A stretch of DNA of 64,000 nt from assembly GCA_013265495.1 (NCBI GenBank), contig MU058213.1, forward strand, positions 1,736,001 through 1,800,000, written 5' to 3'. Both the position numbers and the translations under genes were made by a program. Positions 59,940 to 64,000 of the stretch are shown one piece after another. This DNA comes from Vicugna vicugna. Lineage: Eukaryota. Each line of letters begins with the position of its first letter. The stretch's first letter is position 1. The notes under the pieces are model-generated. The model was given only the letters and a program-made list of their open reading frames with translations, was not told the DNA's origin and ran no database searches.

Positions 59940-61560
59940 ACATTCATCACCACTCCACTATCCTGGTCATTGCCTAAGACTCACCCTTTTGTTCATCCGT
60001 TTCGCCCCAGACTCTGATCCCCAGATGGATCTGCAGACCCAACCTTGCACTCATCTTCTTTTCAAAGCTTCCACTGAATTCTCAGGGCTTCCTGTTATGT
60101 TGCATGAAAACTCCCCTGTGTTCCCAGGCTTTCCACCCAATGCATCCCCTAACTGCTGGCTTTAACTGTGAAATGCTCTTTCCTGAGGATACCAACACCC
60201 CTGAAAGCCCTCAAGAAGATGCCTTTGTTTTTCTCACATCCTGAGTGTCTCACTCCCCAAAACATCTGGCTTGCCAAGCATTACTACACTTCTTCTACCT
60301 TCGTGTAATAACTCCTGGTCTCTATAGACTACTCATAAGATTGGCCATATCACTCTTGACTGCTTGTCACTTGCATCTTCTAGCCTCATGGTAACCTCCT
60401 CCTCATTTATTGAAGATTTTAAACCTGGATCCCTTAATTGGATCTCTGCAGCAAGCTCTGTTGTCACCTGGGAGGGTTTGAGAATTGTTAAGAACAATCT
60501 ATCCTAGCCAATCCATTTCTTAATCTCTTCTATTCCAGCCATACATTCCCAAGGGTACACTCTGGGCCTTCTCACCACTTGGAATTTCTCCTCTGAAATC
60601 CTGCATTCAAATATACTATAAACAATTGAGTTTAAAAATTAAAGAAAAAATATACCAGAATGTATTAGGTAGCTCTACCATACCCCATCCCAAAGAAGAA
60701 ACCTGCTCTTCCTCAGATGGCTTGCTCAGTAAATGGCCATACCATCCACACACGTGAGCCCAGTAGAGACCTGTTGGGTCCTATCTTTAATTCTACCTCT
60801 GTCCATCAATTTCCATATCCAATAAATCGCTGTAAATTTCTATCAAGTGTACCTGTATCTCTGAAAACTGTCCTTTTCTCTCCAGCCCCACCATCACTAC
60901 CCTAAGTAATCCTTCCTCTGGATTACTGCTAATCTCGAATTGTTCTCTCTCCAGCTGATTCCCTCATAACCACCAAACTCAGTTCTTCCCAGGTTCAAGT
61001 TGATCTTTCTGAAATATGTTATGATCATGTTACTTCTCTGCTTAAAACCATTTGAGAGCTTCCCATTGCCTTTGTAATAAATTTCATTTTAGCATATTCT
61101 TCATGACTGCTGCTTACCCAGGTAGCTTCACCTGGTGTCCCTGCCACATACAGTCTTTCCTCTCCTACCTCCTGACAGACACTCAGCCTAAAGTTGTCTT
61201 GAACTACTTACAGTTTTCCCAACTAATTTGGCTGTCAGTGTCACCTCCAAGCTTTTCTACCTGCTGTTCTCTGCAGCAATAACTCTGTTTCACTCCTTTA
61301 CTTATCTGATGACACCACACATCCTTCAGATCTCAGATAGCCTATTACTTTTCCTGAAAAGGCTTACTTTATTTCTCATCCTGCCCTCTCATCTCATCAT
61401 CGAGGAAAGCTCCTTTTCCATTGAGCAACCTGTACTTACATCTATTCTAGCACTTGTCACACTCTACTGCAAATGTTTCTTCATAAACTTGAAGAACTGG
61501 TTATCTTCTATTAGTCTCAAATCCTCAATGCATAACACAGACAATCAGTAATTTCTAGTG
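59940..61560 (+). mobile_element. long decayed L2
   Basis: Pyrimidine-rich L2 motifs: tcatttattgaagattttaa, ctcagtaaatggccataccatccac, gatcatgttacttctctgcttaaaacc, tagcacttgtcacact. Confidence 0.65.
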
Positions 61561-62584
61561 AAGCAACAACTTAGTTAAGTATAGATTTGTGTTCCTAAAT
61601 ATATGTTCTCCCTTTTATTATCTTCATTAATTTGAGGCTTATATCTGTCCTAATTGGAGCTAAACTTTAACATCTAGATTAAATAATATCTTTATGTGTG
61701 TTTTGTAGGTGGTTCATTTTGTCTTTTCACATTAGCAAATATGCTTCTTTTCATGATCAATATTTAACCATATACGAAAATGATGTTCTAATCCATCTAT
61801 CTATCCACCATTGATGCTGTCTTAAACCATCCCCACCCACCCAAGAATTTTCTATGCATCCTGTTCTGGCTCAATCAGTCTGCCCCAGGTGTCTATGTGG
61901 TTCCTGAAATACCCCAGCTCCACCACTGTGAACAACCCTATTTACTATCAGAGAAGCCAGGAACCAACTCATAATTTGTTCCTTGGTCAGACTGAGACCC
62001 CAGTCTGTTGGCAGAGTGTCTGGAAACCATCTCTACAGACCACTGTGCTCTCAGCTGTTCTAAAAAACACTGACTCAAAGACTTTTTGTCCAACCACAAA
62101 GAGAAGGGAGATTACCAAGAAACTACAGGGGAGCCATTTTCCTTAAGTAATAATAAGACTAATGTCAATCTCCTCATACCCTATAGGATGAAAAGACTCC
62201 AAAACTTTCCAAGTAAAAGAATTCCCTTTTTCTTGCAAAAATATCCCAAAACTCCCAAATGATAGATGTCATGCTGTTGATTGATAGATGACAAAGAAGC
62301 TCTTATGAATTTACTAGTGCCGTAAAATAAATTTATTCATTATTAAGCATATAAGCAATTTACTTGTTTTTGAAAAATTATAGTACATACATATGTAAGA
62401 TGTGTGAGTACGTGAACTTACGATAACTGTAATGTCTCCCAGGCTTGAGAACAGCCCATAGTTTGAGAACTTTTTTATTTAGAAAACCAATAAGATCCAT
62501 TCTACCACTAACATGCTCTGATTCTGTTAGTTTCGGTAATTTCTGTTCACCTAGCTAGACAAGTGCGTCTCACTCTCCTTAATT

Positions 62585-62852
62585 CAGCATTTCCTAACTT
62601 TTTTAACATGGAAATCTAATTGTTGATTGAAAGAAGTATTTCAGGACAAATAATTTTGGGAAGTGCACATAATACTATCCTCTTAGAGATGCTTCATATT
62701 AAAGGCTCTGAAAAATAGTACAGTTTGTTTACATTATTTAACCCAGAATTTCCCAAGTTTATTTGTCCATGGGGAAGTTCTTTTCCCTATGGAACACCTC
62801 CTAACACATCATGGAGCACTAATTTGAGGTAAAACAGGATTTGAAAACACTT
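62585..62852. mobile_element. Charlie4-like hAT fragment
   Basis: cagcatttcctaact...atattaaaggctctga...tttaacccagaatttcccaagtttatttg. Confidence 0.65.
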
Positions 62853-64000
62853 CACTGGTGGGCGGGGCACTGTCAGCCAAAGGAACAGAAGATCCAAGAG
62901 TACCACATCCCACTAGTTATTGCAGACATTATGAATCCATCCTGAGGTGGGGGCCAAGGCTGAGTAGACGTGCATGACAGTCTGAAAGATTTTGATCCGG
63001 AGATGTGGCCACCCAGGCAAATCACGTACTCACTGAACCAAATTCAGGACATTGTAAGATCCTGAAAAATCCAAAATCCATTTGGCCTCCCAGATTACAG
63101 CGTAGTTTCAAATCTCTCTGTCCTAAAGACATAATATGTGCTGCAGTTTCTCAGATGCTGGCCCTTAAGAAGTGCAGTTCACATTAGGAGGCTGATTCTA
63201 CTCCAGCAAAGAGAAGCACTGCTACTTGAAGTATGGTGCTTTCAGTGGGTGTGATAAGTTTTCTACACAGACACCTGCATCTTCTTTGGTATTCCAGAAT
63301 GCACTAATCCACCGCTTTTGCCAGAATAAATGCAAAGAGTCTCAGTCACATTCCTGGTTCAGCACGGACACACTTAGTATCCGAAGCAGGCTGGAGAAGA
63401 GATGGGGAAACTCTGCTGGGCGTTGTAAGGTCAACAAATTGGAAAAAGCCACAACTCACCCTTGGGAAGGATTAAATACACTGACATCCTCCAAATTGAT
63501 TTACCTAGATCAGACCACATGTTAATAAGGCAGGCAAGTTACTCTAATTCATTGTTACTATTCTAAATGCAGAGGCCTTTTTACATTAAAGAGGTGGGAC
63601 CTGGGATTCAAATGAGCAATACTTATTTATGGCTTGTCACTCACCCTACCTGGGCCAGTGTCCTCAGGGCCATTTAAAATTATTGTCATCTAAAACACAC
63701 CAAAAAGTACTGGACATGCAAAGAGCACAGCTCTCAGGAAATGAAGTGAGTTTTCTTCCCCTATTACCTGTACCTCTGAATAGAGGTGCATAAATACGCT
63801 TAGCTGGTAAGCACTTAGGTTTCTTCTGGATGCAGACATTTCTAAGTACTCTAAAAATTTCTATTATTTGAAGGATCCCCTTAAAAATGTCTCAACTCAC
63901 TTTTTAAGATTGACTCCTCAGTAACACTGAAACATTACTTATACCACAGATGTAAGATCTATAGAGCTCAACTTTGTCCAAACTGTGAGTTGGGAAGGGA

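Noticed and set aside
63026..63075. 28-nt minus-strand microexon (tttttcAG...TCA|GTGAGT)
   Set aside because: Not frame-preserving, and such site pairs are common by chance; kept only as a possible lncRNA site
1..64000. Host gene identity, tRNA/snRNA/rRNA genes
   Set aside because: No recognisable exon peptide or structural RNA sequence was found by eye; locus identity requires a synteny search

Overview
Eutherian non-coding DNA (large intron or intergenic region), about 40% GC, CpG-depleted, with no CpG island. I recognise no host protein-coding gene, tRNA, rRNA or snRNA. The ORF track is essentially noise, apart from decayed L1 ORF2 at ~15.1-16.2 kb and ERV-L remnants at ~31.8-32.3 kb. A large share of the window is interspersed repeat: many MIR and L2 fragments, several L1 3' ends, hAT MITEs (MER5A, MER58A, MER53, MER96B-like, Charlie4-like), MaLR LTRs (MLT1), an internally deleted ERV-L with its 3' LTR, and a younger ERV1-type solo LTR. 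I see no Alu, B1 or Bov-type SINEs. A young L1 3' end at 48.45 kb resembles camelid L1 as I recall it, so the source is probably a camelid or other cetartiodactyl (inference). The points most worth checking are: exon-like segments at 48.9-49.4 kb (usable on both strands) and 26.3-26.6 kb; a cryptic exon created at an LTR junction (10.44 kb); a twin-primed mini-L1; a palindromic MER53 (miR-1302 source family); and several enhancer- or promoter-like motif clusters. Repeat family names come from memory of consensus sequences, and boundaries are approximate unless target-site duplications (TSDs) are quoted. I found no convincing new biological system.
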